NCBI GenBank assembly: GCA_023264975.1
Contig: JAHFUS010000005.1
Location: 10,771 to 74,770, forward strand
Direction: 5' to 3'
From: Actinomycetes bacterium
GTDB taxonomy: Bacteria > Actinomycetota > Acidimicrobiia > Acidimicrobiales > GCA-2861595
DNA length: 64,000 nt
This document shows positions 10,520 through 21,513 of this stretch, one piece after another. The notes beneath the pieces are model-generated. The model was given only the letters and a program-made list of their open reading frames with translations, made no database searches and was not told the origin of the DNA. The stretch's first letter is position 1, and every line of letters starts with the position of its first letter. The position numbers and the translations under genes are program-made.

Positions 10520-11524
10520 ATGACCGTCACCGAGCTGAAGCTGACCGAGTGGACATCGTGCGGTGGGTGCGCGGCCAAGTGGGGCGCCGCCCCGCTGAAC
10601 GCCCTGATCCGCGAGCTGGCAGCCGGCTCGGCCGACCTGCTGGTGGGACTCGCCCCCTTCGACGACGCCGCCGTCTACCGCCTCACCGACGACCTGGCCA
10701 TGGTGTCGACCACCGACTTCTTCCCGCCGCTCGTGGACGACCCCGCCGACTTCGGCGCCATCGCCGCCGCCAACGCGTGCAGCGACGTGTTCGCCATGGG
10801 GGCGCGGGTCGTGCTGGCCCTCAACATCTCTGCCTTCCCCGAGCGCCTGCCGGTGGAGGCGGTGGCCGCCGTCCTGGGCGCCGCCGGCGCGGTGGTGGCC
10901 GAGGCGGGCGGTGTTGTGGCGGGCGGTCACACCATCCGCTCCGAGGAGCCGATCTTCGGCCTCGCCGTGCAGGGGCTGGTGCACCCCGACCGCATCTGGA
11001 CCAAGGCCGGCGCCCGCCCGGGCGACGCCATCGTGCTGTCCAAGCCGCTCGGCACCGGGATCGTGCTGGCCGGCGGTCAGCCCGACGAGAAGGCGGCGGC
11101 CATCGTGCGCATGCGCCAGCTGAACCGGGCTGCGGCTGAGGCCCTGTCCGCCCTGGGCGACGGCGCCGCCCACGCCGTCACCGATGTCACCGGGTTCGGC
11201 CTGTTCGGCCACGGCTGGGAGATGGCCGAGCGCTCCGAAGCCATCCTGCGCTTCCACGCCTCCGCTCTCCCGTTCTACGACGGGGCCCTGGCGGCAGCCG
11301 AGGCGGGCGTGCGCACCGGCGGCGATGCCCGCAACCGGGCGCACCTGGAGGGCCGCGTCACCTCCACCGCCACGGCCGCCGTCGAAGCCCTCGGGTACGA
11401 CCCGCAGACGTCGGGCGGCCTCCTGGCCTCCGTGTCGCCGGCGGACGCCGTCCGCCTGGCCGATGCCGGATTCGTCACCATCGGTGAGGTCGTGACAGGG
11501 CCGGCCGGCGTGGAGGTCGGCTGA
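10520..11524 (+). CDS. selD: selenide, water dikinase (selenophosphate synthetase)
   Basis: TSCGGCAAKW N-terminal motif, DDAAVYRLTDDLAMVSTTDFFPPLVDDP, ANACSDVFAMGA, VAGGHTIRSEEPIFGLAV, GLLASVSP. Catalytic position is Cys. Confidence 0.93.
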   Translation: MTVTELKLTEWTSCGGCAAKWGAAPLNALIRELAAGSADLLVGLAPFDDAAVYRLTDDLAMVSTTDFFPPLVDDPADFGAIAAANACSDVFAMGARVVLALNISAFPERLPVEAVAAVLGAAGAVVAEAGGVVAGGHTIRSEEPIFGLAVQGLVHPDRIWTKAGARPGDAIVLSKPLGTGIVLAGGQPDEKAAAIVRMRQLNRAAAEALSALGDGAAHAVTDVTGFGLFGHGWEMAERSEAILRFHASALPFYDGALAAAEAGVRTGGDARNRAHLEGRVTSTATAAVEALGYDPQTSGGLLASVSPADAVRLADAGFVTIGEVVTGPAGVEVG

Positions 11525-11566
11525 CCGGCTGGGGCTGCCGCGCCGGCCGGCTGTAACGTCCGACTC

Positions 11567-12280
11567 GTGGCGACATCGCGCCAGCAGTTGCGACCGTCGC
11601 TGCGACCCAAGGCTCCCACGCTGGCCCTCGAGCGGGAGCTGTGGGGCCGTGGGCGCGAGGTCGTGGTCGGTGTCGACGAGGTGGGCCGGGGGGCGTGGGC
11701 CGGCCCCATCAGCGTGGGCGCCGCCGTGCTCCCGCCCGACAAGCGGGTCTACAAGGTCCGCGACTCGAAGATGCTCACCGAGGCCGAGCGGGAGCGCCTG
11801 TTCGACCGGGTCGCCTCGTGGTGCCGTGCGTGGGCGGTCGGCCATGCCAGCCAGGTCGAGTGCGACAGCCTCGGGATGTCGGAGGCGCAACGCCTGGCTG
11901 CCCGCCGGGCCGTTGCGGGCCTCGGCATCGAGCCCGACCACGTCCTCATCGACGGCCGCTGGGACTTCGTCGGGAAGGGGCCGGCCGCCACCACCCGCAT
12001 CGTGAAGGGCGACGCCACCTGCCTGTCCATCGCCGCCGCATCGGTGCTGGCCAAGGTCACGCGCGACCGGATCATGCGGGGGGAGGCGCAGCACTACCCG
12101 GGCTACGACTTCGACCTCAACAAGGGGTACCCGTGCCCCCGGCACAAGGCCGCCCTGAAGGCGTGGGGCCCGACCTCGATACACCGCCGCAGCTGGGTGT
12201 TCATGGACAACCTGCCCTGGGGCGTGCGCCCCGCCCCCGACCCCACGCAACCCATGCTGACCGAAGCCCCCGACCTGTGA
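11567..12280 (+). CDS. rnhB: ribonuclease HII
   Basis: VVGVDEVGRGAWAGPISVGAAVL, DSKMLTEAERERLF, GDATCLSIAAASVLAKVTRDR. Confidence 0.94.
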   Translation: MATSRQQLRPSLRPKAPTLALERELWGRGREVVVGVDEVGRGAWAGPISVGAAVLPPDKRVYKVRDSKMLTEAERERLFDRVASWCRAWAVGHASQVECDSLGMSEAQRLAARRAVAGLGIEPDHVLIDGRWDFVGKGPAATTRIVKGDATCLSIAAASVLAKVTRDRIMRGEAQHYPGYDFDLNKGYPCPRHKAALKAWGPTSIHRRSWVFMDNLPWGVRPAPDPTQPMLTEAPDL

Positions 12281-13116
12281 CGCCAGGTCGAACGGCGGCC
12301 GCCCTGGCCGCCCTCGTGGTGCTGGCCACGGGCGGGTGCAAGGAGCCGGCCAAGCCCTCCCTCGAGCAGTCCGGCCCGCCCGACGCCGCCACCGGCCCTG
12401 CGCAGGGTCAGGCGCTCGAGACGGTGGCGGAGGGCAAGCTCACCGCCTGTACGGCCGTCCCCGACCCGCCCTTTGCCTTCGACGACGAGGGGGAGCTCGA
12501 CGGCATCGACATCGAGCTGGTGCGTGCCGTCGCCGGCCGGCTCGGGCTCGTGCCGACGTTCGAGCAGGTGGCGCCGGGGGAGCTCTTCCGGGCCATGGAT
12601 GCGGGTACCTGCGACCTGGTGGCGGCGTCGGTGACGATCACGTCCGAACGACAGGAGACATTCGCCTTCTCGGCGCCCTACTTCCGGGTCGACCAGTCGC
12701 TACTCGTGCGCAAGGCCGACGAGACGAGGTACCCCGACCTTGCCGCCCTGGCAGGCCGGACGGTGGGTGTGCAGGCGTCGACCAGCGGGGCCGTCTACGC
12801 GCAGGCGAACGGCGCCGGCACCACCGTGAAGGAGTACGGCAGTGCCGACGAGCTGCTGACGGCTCTCGCCGCCAAAGAGGTGGATGCCGCCCTCCAGGAC
12901 CTGCCCGTCAACGCCTTCGACGCCAAGACGACGGGCGAGACGGTCGTCACCGAGACGTTCGCCGACGGCGACAAGGAGCTCTACGGGTTCGTCATGGCGA
13001 AGGGGCGGACGGCGCTGAGGGCGGCGGTGGACGGAGCGCTCGGCCAGGTCCGCTCCGACGACACCTACCCCACCATCCTGCGCAGTTTCCTGGGCGGCAC
13101 GGCCGGGCAGATCTGA
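12277..13116 (+). CDS. amino-acid ABC transporter-type periplasmic substrate-binding protein (SBP_bac_3-like)
   Basis: In frame of the 11641..13116 ORF from GTG 12277: lipobox-like LATGGC, PPFAFDDEGELDGIDIELVRAVAGRLGL...GTCDLVAASVTITSERQETFAFSAPYF. Confidence 0.87.
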   Translation: MTPGRTAAALAALVVLATGGCKEPAKPSLEQSGPPDAATGPAQGQALETVAEGKLTACTAVPDPPFAFDDEGELDGIDIELVRAVAGRLGLVPTFEQVAPGELFRAMDAGTCDLVAASVTITSERQETFAFSAPYFRVDQSLLVRKADETRYPDLAALAGRTVGVQASTSGAVYAQANGAGTTVKEYGSADELLTALAAKEVDAALQDLPVNAFDAKTTGETVVTETFADGDKELYGFVMAKGRTALRAAVDGALGQVRSDDTYPTILRSFLGGTAGQI

Positions 13117-13218
13117 GCCGCCCGCCCTCGGCCGATGTGGCCGCCCCGGCGAAAGGCCTCACGTTTTCGGTACGGTCTTCGCTTCGGGATCGTGATCGTT
13201 CATGGCACAGTTCTACCC

Positions 13219-13812
13219 ATGAGCGGCCCCGCCATCGCCATAGTCCTGTTCCCCGGCGTCGAGGAGCTCGACTGGGTCGGGCCGTGGGAGGTCCTTTCGG
13301 GCTGGGCCCGAAACTGGCCCGACGACGGGGCCGGCGTGTTCACCGTGGCCGACACCACCGACGTGATCAGCTGCGCCCAGGGCGCCCGCGTGCTGGCCGA
13401 CCACACGTGGGAGACGGCGCCGGCCTACGACCTGCTCTTGTACCCCGGTGGTCCGGGGGTGCGGCCGCTGCTCGACAACGACGTGGTGCGCAAGCGGGTG
13501 AGGGCGGCGGCCGAGGCGGGCACCGTGCTGGCCAGCGTGTGCACCGGTTCGCTGGTGCTGGCCGACGCCGGGGTGCTCGACGGCAAGCCGGCCACGACGT
13601 ACTGGTCGTCGTTCGACATGCTGGTCTCGCTCGGCACCGACATCGAGCCGCGCCCCGACGACCGCTACGTGGACGCCGGCGAGGTGGTCACCGCTGCCGG
13701 CGTGTCGGCCGGCATCGACATGGCCCTCCACCTCGTGCGCCGCTTTGTTGGCGAGGAGCGTGCCCGCGAGGTGCGCCGTTTCATCCAGTACGACCCTCAG
13801 CCGCCCGTCTGA
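13219..13812 (+). CDS. DJ-1/PfpI family protein
   Basis: AIVLFPGVEELDWVGPWEVL...LLLYPGGPGVRPLL...ASVCTGSLVLADAGVLDGKPATTYW...VTAAGVSAGIDMALHLV. Confidence 0.88.
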   Translation: MSGPAIAIVLFPGVEELDWVGPWEVLSGWARNWPDDGAGVFTVADTTDVISCAQGARVLADHTWETAPAYDLLLYPGGPGVRPLLDNDVVRKRVRAAAEAGTVLASVCTGSLVLADAGVLDGKPATTYWSSFDMLVSLGTDIEPRPDDRYVDAGEVVTAAGVSAGIDMALHLVRRFVGEERAREVRRFIQYDPQPPV

Positions 13813-14147
13813 GAGCCGCCCCTCACGTGACTTCACCCAGCTGAGGCTCGACACGTCCGGCCGCACCGTCACCGACCTCACCGACGGGGACCGTTTCTGC
13901 TCCGGCCGGGGCGACGGCGGAGCATCGTGCTGGTCGACCCCAACGACGACAACCCCGCGAGGACCGTGCGCCTCAGCTTCCAGCGCGGCTGACGCGCTCC
14001 CGGGTGCGGGCCGCCCCACATCGTTTCCGCCGCGGGGTCCCTTCTCTGCTCTCCTCGTCTCCGGCCCCTGTTCCCGATCGTGCCCGTCGCCGGGGCTCGG
14101 CGGTTGGATCGGCGGCCGCCCGGGTCGGCGCCACGGGCGTGGCCGCC

Positions 14148-14369
14148 CTACTGCTCTGCGTCGAGGAGCGATTGGGCAGCGGCCAGCGCCGTCAGGGGAT
14201 CGGACGTCGACGCCCCTGCGAGCCAGGCGGCCAGAGGAGCATTCTTCCGCTCGGTGCCGTGGGCGACGACCCGGGCCAGGTCGAGGATGGCGTCGACCTC
14301 GGTCGGGTCGAGCGGCGGCACCCCGAGGGCAGCGGCATAGCGGTCCAGCCAGTCGTCCATGGGCCCCAT
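14148..14369 (-). CDS. DUF6457-like small protein
   Basis: 73 aa MGPMDDWLDRYAAALGVPPLDPTEVDAILDLARVVAHGTERKNAPLAAWLAG; resembles a small family often near molybdopterin genes (from memory). Confidence 0.65.
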   Translation of the reverse strand: MGPMDDWLDRYAAALGVPPLDPTEVDAILDLARVVAHGTERKNAPLAAWLAGASTSDPLTALAAAQSLLDAEQ

Positions 14370-14439
14370 CCTGGCGCGCCGGCGGGTGGCCCGCCCCGCC
14401 CGCCGATCGGCACAGGGATGCTGCGCGAGACTGCGACCG

Positions 14440-16257
<1,818 letters not shown>

Positions 16258-16302
16258 GTCGCCTCGGCGTGGCTCTCCCGGTTCGTCGCCTCGATCGTCG
16301 AA

Positions 16303-17838
16303 GTGACCGCGCCGGCGGTGGAACGGGTATGCAAGGGCCAACTCCGGCGAACTTCCTCAGGGCCGGAGCACTTTGCACCCCGAATCCCCAACGTTTCCTC
16401 TCGTCGTCCACAGGACGACCCCTCTACGGTCGTGCCCGGTGACGGTGGCGCGGTGAAGACATGGCCGAATCCACCGTCGTTGGCAGCGGCCCTCGGATTC
16501 GGACGCCGGCACGCTCGGGCGTCGCTGCGCCCGCCGGACCTGGACGACGACCCGGTCGTCGGCGAGGACGACGTAGCCCCGACCGACATGTCGGAGCAGC
16601 CCGGAGAGGACACGGGGCTTGCGGAGGCCGATGGCGGCCTGTCGGTGGATGTGCCCGACGAGGCGGGCCCACCGACCGCGCCCGGAGGCGAAAGGGTGGC
16701 TGCCGGGGGCGACGGCGACCTGTCGGTGGGTCGGCCGGCAGAGGCGAGACTGGCGAACGAGCCCGCTGACGACGTGGCGCCGGCGCCGTGGCCCCGGCCG
16801 CATGCCGCTCCGCCGGCTGCGGCGCCGGGGCTTTCGTCGCCGCCCACCACGTCTCCCGTACCGGCGGCGCCGGACGCCACCCTGAGCGAGGCGGTGGCGG
16901 GCGACCGTATCCGGGCGGCCGCCGAAGGCGCCGTCGCCAGCGACGCCCTGGCCGCGGTCCGCGACGAGCTGGCCGGCGTGCGCCGGCGGCTCTTGGCGGC
17001 GGCGGGAGAGCTGGCCGACCGGCGGGCGGCAGCCGAACAGCAGGAGCAAATGTTCGGCCGGCTCAGTGCCGAGCTCAAGGCGGAGCGTCAGGGTCGTCAG
17101 CAGGAACGTCAGGCGCGGGAGGGCCAGTGTCCCGAGGACCGTGGCCACCTGTCCGCCGATCTCGCCGCAGTGGCCGAACGCCAGCGCCAGGAAGCCGAGC
17201 GGTTGGCGCGGGAGCGCCAGGTGCTCGACGCCATGAGCCGCACGCTCGCCGGCGAGCGGGCCCACCTCGAGCTCGATGCGGAGCGGGACCTGGTCGCTGC
17301 CCAGCGCGCCCATCTCGACGAGGAGCGCTCCGAGCTCGACCGGCTCCGGCGCCGGGCGATGGCGGCGGCGGCCTCCGGCCGGTCGGCCGAGGACGCCCCG
17401 AGCGGTGGGTCGGGCGGCGCAGCGGTGCCGCAGAGTCTCGGCAGCGCCAGGCGCAGCCGGCCCACCGCGGCCCCGCCGGCAGCTGGTCCGCCAGCCCGCA
17501 CCCCAACTCGTTCCCGGTCCGCTGTGGGAGCGGCGCCGGGCGTCGGGGGCCGGCGGTCGACCAACGGCACCGCCCCGCCGGCGGCCCCGAAGGCGCCCCC
17601 CCCGGAGCGCCGCCGCAACGAGACCGATTCCGTGCCGGCGCCGCCCGGGCGCCGCCGCAACGAGGCCGATTCCGTGCCGGTCGTCCCGTCCACCCGTCGC
17701 GAACCGGGTGCCCTCCGCCCGGGGGCCCTCGCCGCTGCCCACCCGCCGGTCGAGGATGCACAGGCGCAGGTCAACAGGCGGCGGCGCCGGGGCGGAAGCG
17801 GAGCTGACGACCTCAGGGCCGACGACCCCTCGAGGTAG
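16303..17838 (+). CDS. predicted Pro/Arg-rich, partly coiled-coil protein
   Basis: 511-aa ORF; central charged region (LAAVRDELAGVRRRLLAAAGELADRRAAAEQQEQMFGRLSAELKAERQ) and low-complexity C-terminus. Start uncertain. Confidence 0.55.
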   Translation: MTAPAVERVCKGQLRRTSSGPEHFAPRIPNVSSRRPQDDPSTVVPGDGGAVKTWPNPPSLAAALGFGRRHARASLRPPDLDDDPVVGEDDVAPTDMSEQPGEDTGLAEADGGLSVDVPDEAGPPTAPGGERVAAGGDGDLSVGRPAEARLANEPADDVAPAPWPRPHAAPPAAAPGLSSPPTTSPVPAAPDATLSEAVAGDRIRAAAEGAVASDALAAVRDELAGVRRRLLAAAGELADRRAAAEQQEQMFGRLSAELKAERQGRQQERQAREGQCPEDRGHLSADLAAVAERQRQEAERLARERQVLDAMSRTLAGERAHLELDAERDLVAAQRAHLDEERSELDRLRRRAMAAAASGRSAEDAPSGGSGGAAVPQSLGSARRSRPTAAPPAAGPPARTPTRSRSAVGAAPGVGGRRSTNGTAPPAAPKAPPPERRRNETDSVPAPPGRRRNEADSVPVVPSTRREPGALRPGALAAAHPPVEDAQAQVNRRRRRGGSGADDLRADDPSR

Positions 17839-17870
17839 CGCTTCTGCCGGCGAGCCGGCGCCGGCCGGGC

Positions 17871-18350
17871 TCAGGCGGCGTCGAGCGGTTGGGCGCGGAT
17901 GGCAGCGACCGCCGCGTTGAGGGCGTCCGCCTCCAGGATGTCGGCCATGATCCCGATCTGCTCGTCCCAGACCTCGGGCGGGATGTCGGCCTTCACTTCG
18001 TCGTCGAGCACGTGGTACACGCCGAGGCCCAACTGGACCCCTGCCAGCGCACCTGCATATGCCGGGTCTCCCAGCCGGACCGTTTCCGCCGAGATCTCCG
18101 CCGCCTCCGGATCGGGGGCACCGAGGATCACGACGACCTGGTCACGGCCGTGGGTCTCCGCCAGCCGGAGGATTGCCTCCTGGCTCTGCAGGTCCATGGC
18201 GCCTGACGCCGTTCAGACGAAGCACTCCGTGGCCGTGAAGACCACCGTCGCCCCAGCCGCCTCCATGCAGGCGGCGATGGCGGGGCCTGACACCCCGTCA
18301 CGTTCGCCCAAGGCGACGATCTTCTTGCCCTCCAGTACTCCCACCCTCAC
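17871..18350 (-). CDS. grdA: glycine/sarcosine/betaine reductase complex selenoprotein A (GrdA) with in-frame UGA/Sec
   Basis: Joins track ORFs 18213..18395 and 17871..18197 across TGA at complement(18213..18215): GVLEGKKIVALGERDGVSGPAIAACMEAAGATVVFTATECFV-U-TASGAMDLQSQEAILRLAE... GVQLGLGVYHVLDDEVKADIPPEVWDEQ; diagnostic CFVUTA-GAMDL context. Confidence 0.95.
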
Positions 18351-18694
18351 TCCTTCCCGACGCCGGCACCAGCTGCCAGCGTGTCGTTGACCCACTGCTC
18401 CACCTTCGACTCTGTGAGCGCGGCGCCGGCGATGCGGCCGATCTCTTCGCCGTCACGGAACAGCACGAAGGCGGGCAGGCCCATGAGCCGAAGCTCCATG
18501 CACAGCCGGCGCGCCTTGGGCGCCTCCAACTTGACGACCTTGAACTGCTCTTCCCGCTCGGCGGCCATGCGCTCGATGAACGGCATCATGACCAGGCACG
18601 GCTGGCAGTCCGGACCCCACACGTCGACGAGCGTGGTGCCCTCGGCGACCAGTTCCCGGAAGTTCTCGCGAGTGGCCTCGGTGAGTGTTCCCAT
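18347..18694 (-). CDS. thioredoxin-like protein of the Grd cluster
   Basis: VDVWGPDCQPCLVMMPFIERMAAEREEQFKVVKLEAPKARRLCMELRLMGLPAFVLFRDG; CQPC active site; starts overlap/abut grdC and grdA. Confidence 0.9.
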   Translation of the reverse strand: MGTLTEATRENFRELVAEGTTLVDVWGPDCQPCLVMMPFIERMAAEREEQFKVVKLEAPKARRLCMELRLMGLPAFVLFRDGEEIGRIAGAALTESKVEQWVNDTLAAGAGVGKE

Positions 18695-18695
18695 C

Positions 18696-20135
18696 TCAGT
18701 TCCCTTTCCCATTGCGCTCCAGCAGCACGCTCATGCCGTCCGACAGCTGCGACATCCGGCCGAGGAACAGGCTTCCCTTGGCCAGCAGCAGCACCTTGTT
18801 CGCGCCTCCCGTGGTGAGGCGGTCGACGGCGTGCGGCAAGTAGCACAGCGAGGATGCCAGATGGCCCTGCGTCGGTGCGAAACCGGGCATGCCGTGCTCG
18901 GCCGCGAACGCGGCGATATCGGCCCGTTCGATCTCGCCCGCCTGGGCCGCCAGTGCGGCGATCGTCTTGTAGTTGCGGGCGGGTACGTCTCCCGAACCCT
19001 GCGGCTCGGTGATCTCCGGGTTGTGCAACTCGGTCGCGTAGTCGTCCACCGCGGCCATGGGGATGCCGAGCCGGCGAAGGGGTTCCACGGCCAGCGCCTC
19101 CATGATCGCCGGGTTCGAGCCGCCCATTCCGACCCGGTGCCGGCCCACGGAGTCGAGCCGGATGCGGGGTGACACGCCGTCGTCGGCCTGCACCAGGGCG
19201 GCGGCGCCGCCGAGCACGTCTTCCATCACCGGCATGTCGTGCTTCAGGTGGCCTTGGAACTTCATGCCGAGCTTGGCCATCGACCCGCCTGCGATGACGG
19301 CGACGCGGTCGAACAGGCCGGCCGACACCATGGCCGCCGCCGTCACCAGCGCCGGCGCAGGGGCGGCGCAGAAGTTCTTCACGTCCATGCCGGACGCCTC
19401 GGACAGACCGGCCACCTCGGCCACCGCCTTGGCCATGTTGCCGCCGCCCCGCTGGTAGCGGTCGCCGATGGCCTCCTCGCCGCACCCGATCACGAAGTCG
19501 ATCGACGCCGGGTCGATGCCCCCGTTGTGCAGGAGGTGCAGGAGGGACAGGGTGGCGGTGGCCTTGGACGCCAGGTTGTCGAGCAGCACGGCGGCGGTGA
19601 GCGCCTCGTCCTCCTCGTGGGCGGCGGTGATCGCCCCGCCCAGCCGGGTCGCGCCGAGGTGCAGGGGCATGCTGCCGGGCCGCAGGAGCACGGCCGCCAC
19701 GTCGCCCTTGGCCTTGTCGATGCGGTCGATGTCGAGGTGCTTGGCCAGCGGGTGGGTCGCCAGTGCGGCGGCTGCTTCGTCGGCCACGTCGGGGGACAGG
19801 GTGATCAGGTCGAAGCGGTCGACCGCCACGAGCAGGCCGAGGAACTCGAGGTCGGGCACGATCTCGCCCCGCGGCCCGAGCCGCGACGCGTTGCCGCTCC
19901 TGCCCCACCAGGGGCGCTCCCCCATGGCACGGGGGTGGACGGCGCCCACGTACGCCTGGTGGGGCGCGTAGGCCACGGCGTCGTCGTAGGAGCGCAGTGA
20001 GGCCAGGAACTTCTCCGACACGTCGGGGTGCCTCGGCAGTTCGCGCGCCGGCTTGGACCCGTGGCGGGCCAGTCCGGGCACGTGGGCCAGCACCTGGGTC
20101 GACCCGGCGACGACGGCCGTCCGTTGCTCGCTCAT
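18696..20135 (-). CDS. grdC: glycine reductase complex component C beta-subunit-like (FabH-like)
   Basis: MSEQRTAVVAGSTQVLAHVPGLARHGSKPARELPRHPDVSEKFLASLRSYDDAVAYAPHQAYVGAVHPR...NFCAAPAPALVTAAAMVSAGLFDRVAVIAGGSMAKLGMKFQGHLKHDMPV. Confidence 0.93.
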   Translation of the reverse strand: MSEQRTAVVAGSTQVLAHVPGLARHGSKPARELPRHPDVSEKFLASLRSYDDAVAYAPHQAYVGAVHPRAMGERPWWGRSGNASRLGPRGEIVPDLEFLGLLVAVDRFDLITLSPDVADEAAAALATHPLAKHLDIDRIDKAKGDVAAVLLRPGSMPLHLGATRLGGAITAAHEEDEALTAAVLLDNLASKATATLSLLHLLHNGGIDPASIDFVIGCGEEAIGDRYQRGGGNMAKAVAEVAGLSEASGMDVKNFCAAPAPALVTAAAMVSAGLFDRVAVIAGGSMAKLGMKFQGHLKHDMPVMEDVLGGAAALVQADDGVSPRIRLDSVGRHRVGMGGSNPAIMEALAVEPLRRLGIPMAAVDDYATELHNPEITEPQGSGDVPARNYKTIAALAAQAGEIERADIAAFAAEHGMPGFAPTQGHLASSLCYLPHAVDRLTTGGANKVLLLAKGSLFLGRMSQLSDGMSVLLERNGKGN

Positions 20136-20151
20136 GCGCCTCCCCTGCCCT

Positions 20152-20199
20152 TTCTGGTATCGGAAACCGACCGCTGGCGGTCGGTTTCCGATACCAGAA
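20152..20199. promoter_or_regulatory. long perfect inverted repeat (22-bp stem, 4-nt loop) between grdB and grdC
   Basis: ttctggtatcggaaaccgaccg-ctgg-cggtcggtttccgataccagaa; no T-tract after either arm. Confidence 0.9.
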
Positions 20200-20208
20200 G
20201 CTTGGCCG

Positions 20209-21513
20209 TCACTCCGTCTCCCGGTCGACCGGGAACAGGGTCGGCTTGTGGACGGCGGTGGCAACCGCCTCCAGGCCCCGCTCCACCAGCCTCCGCCGCC
20301 ACGCCCGCTCCTTCTCGGCCCCGAGCGACGGGTCGCCCGTCGGGTAGGGGATGCCCCGCGTGGGTACGATGCGCGGCGCCCCCACCCGCTCGGCGATCGA
20401 GGTGAGGTTGCACAGCAGTGCCGTGGGAATCCCGGCCCGCTCCAACTCCTTCGCTAGCGTTGACCCGCAACGCGTCCCCGTTCCTCACGTGGCGGTGAGC
20501 AGGGCGGCCTGCACCCCCTGTCTGCGCAGGTCGGCCGCCCACTCCACGCCGAAGCGGCGGGCGTTGCCCACCGACGTGCCGTTGCCCGCCGTCACCAGGT
20601 ACTCGCCGTGCAGCTTGCCGATGGCGCCCTCGGCCTCCAACTGGCGGGCCGCGTCCAGGGGGACGATGCGGTGCGGGTCCTCGTTGGCCCACACGGTGGA
20701 GAAGCCGCCGTGCACCGACCGGAACTCGCCGGCGGGCAGGACATCGCGACCGTCGAGCGAGTACCGCAGCCAGCGGGTGGCGCGGGCGGACTCGAGGCTG
20801 TCGGGGTTGGCGTCGGGCACCAGAGCGCCCTCGGTGACGAGGGCCACCAGGGCGGTGGTGACATCGGTCACCGGCTGGGCCGGCGTCACCTGGTCGAAGC
20901 GGGGGAGGGGGACCTCCGTCGCCTCCCGGTCGCCACCCAGGCGGGCCAGCACCAGGGCGACGGCCCGCTCCGCGCTGGTCCGGTCGACGGTGACGTTGCG
21001 GCGGGGGATCTTGCCCACCCGGCCGTCGTCGGCACCCAGGGGCTCGCCTGCGGCAACCTTGCGGACGGCGGCGGCCAGTGTCTCCAGCGACGGCCCCATC
21101 TGGCGGGCCACCTCGCCGCTGGCCACCACGGGGGCGGTGCCGGCTTCGTCGATGCCCGGGTTGTCGGGGTGCATGCAGGCCACGGCGGCGATGCCCTCGG
21201 CCGCGGCCGCGGCGGCCACCCGCGCGCAGGCCAGGCCGTAGCGGCCGCTCGTGAATGCGGGGCCGGTGACCACCACGTCGGGACCGGCCGCCCGCACCAG
21301 GGCCAGGAGGTCGTCCATCACCTCGGGGCCGGCGGCGTGGTCGTCGCCGCACCACACCGTGGCCACGATCTCGAAGTCGTCGCCCAGTAACTGGGCCAGC
21401 TTGCGCCCGGGCCCGGCGGCGCCCGCCTTCGACGCCGGCGGCACCGTGGCGGTGTCCTCCCCGCCGAGGCCGGCGAAGAACTGGTTGATGTAGTGGACGA
21501 CGCGTGTGGTCAC
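20209..21513 (-). CDS. grdB: glycine/sarcosine/betaine reductase selenoprotein B (GrdB/GrdF/GrdH family) with in-frame UGA/Sec
   Basis: GTG at 21513 (VTTRVVHYINQFFAGLGGEDTA...) reads to TGA at complement(20485..20487) and continues: ALLTAT-U-GTGTRCGSTLAKELERAGIPTALLCNLTSIAERVGAPRIVPTRGIPYPTGDP...; matches the Sec context UGTxTRCGxT. Confidence 0.95.
20457..20473 (-). promoter_or_regulatory. candidate bacterial SECIS stem-loop in grdB
   Basis: GCGTTG-CGGGT-CAACGC (minus strand): 6-bp stem; loop begins 17 nt after the UGA with a G within the first two loop bases. Confidence 0.55.

Noticed and set aside
17871-18395. grdA split by a stop codon, possible pseudogene
   Set aside because: The TGA sits exactly at the conserved Sec site and both sides are intact, so recoding is more likely than decay.
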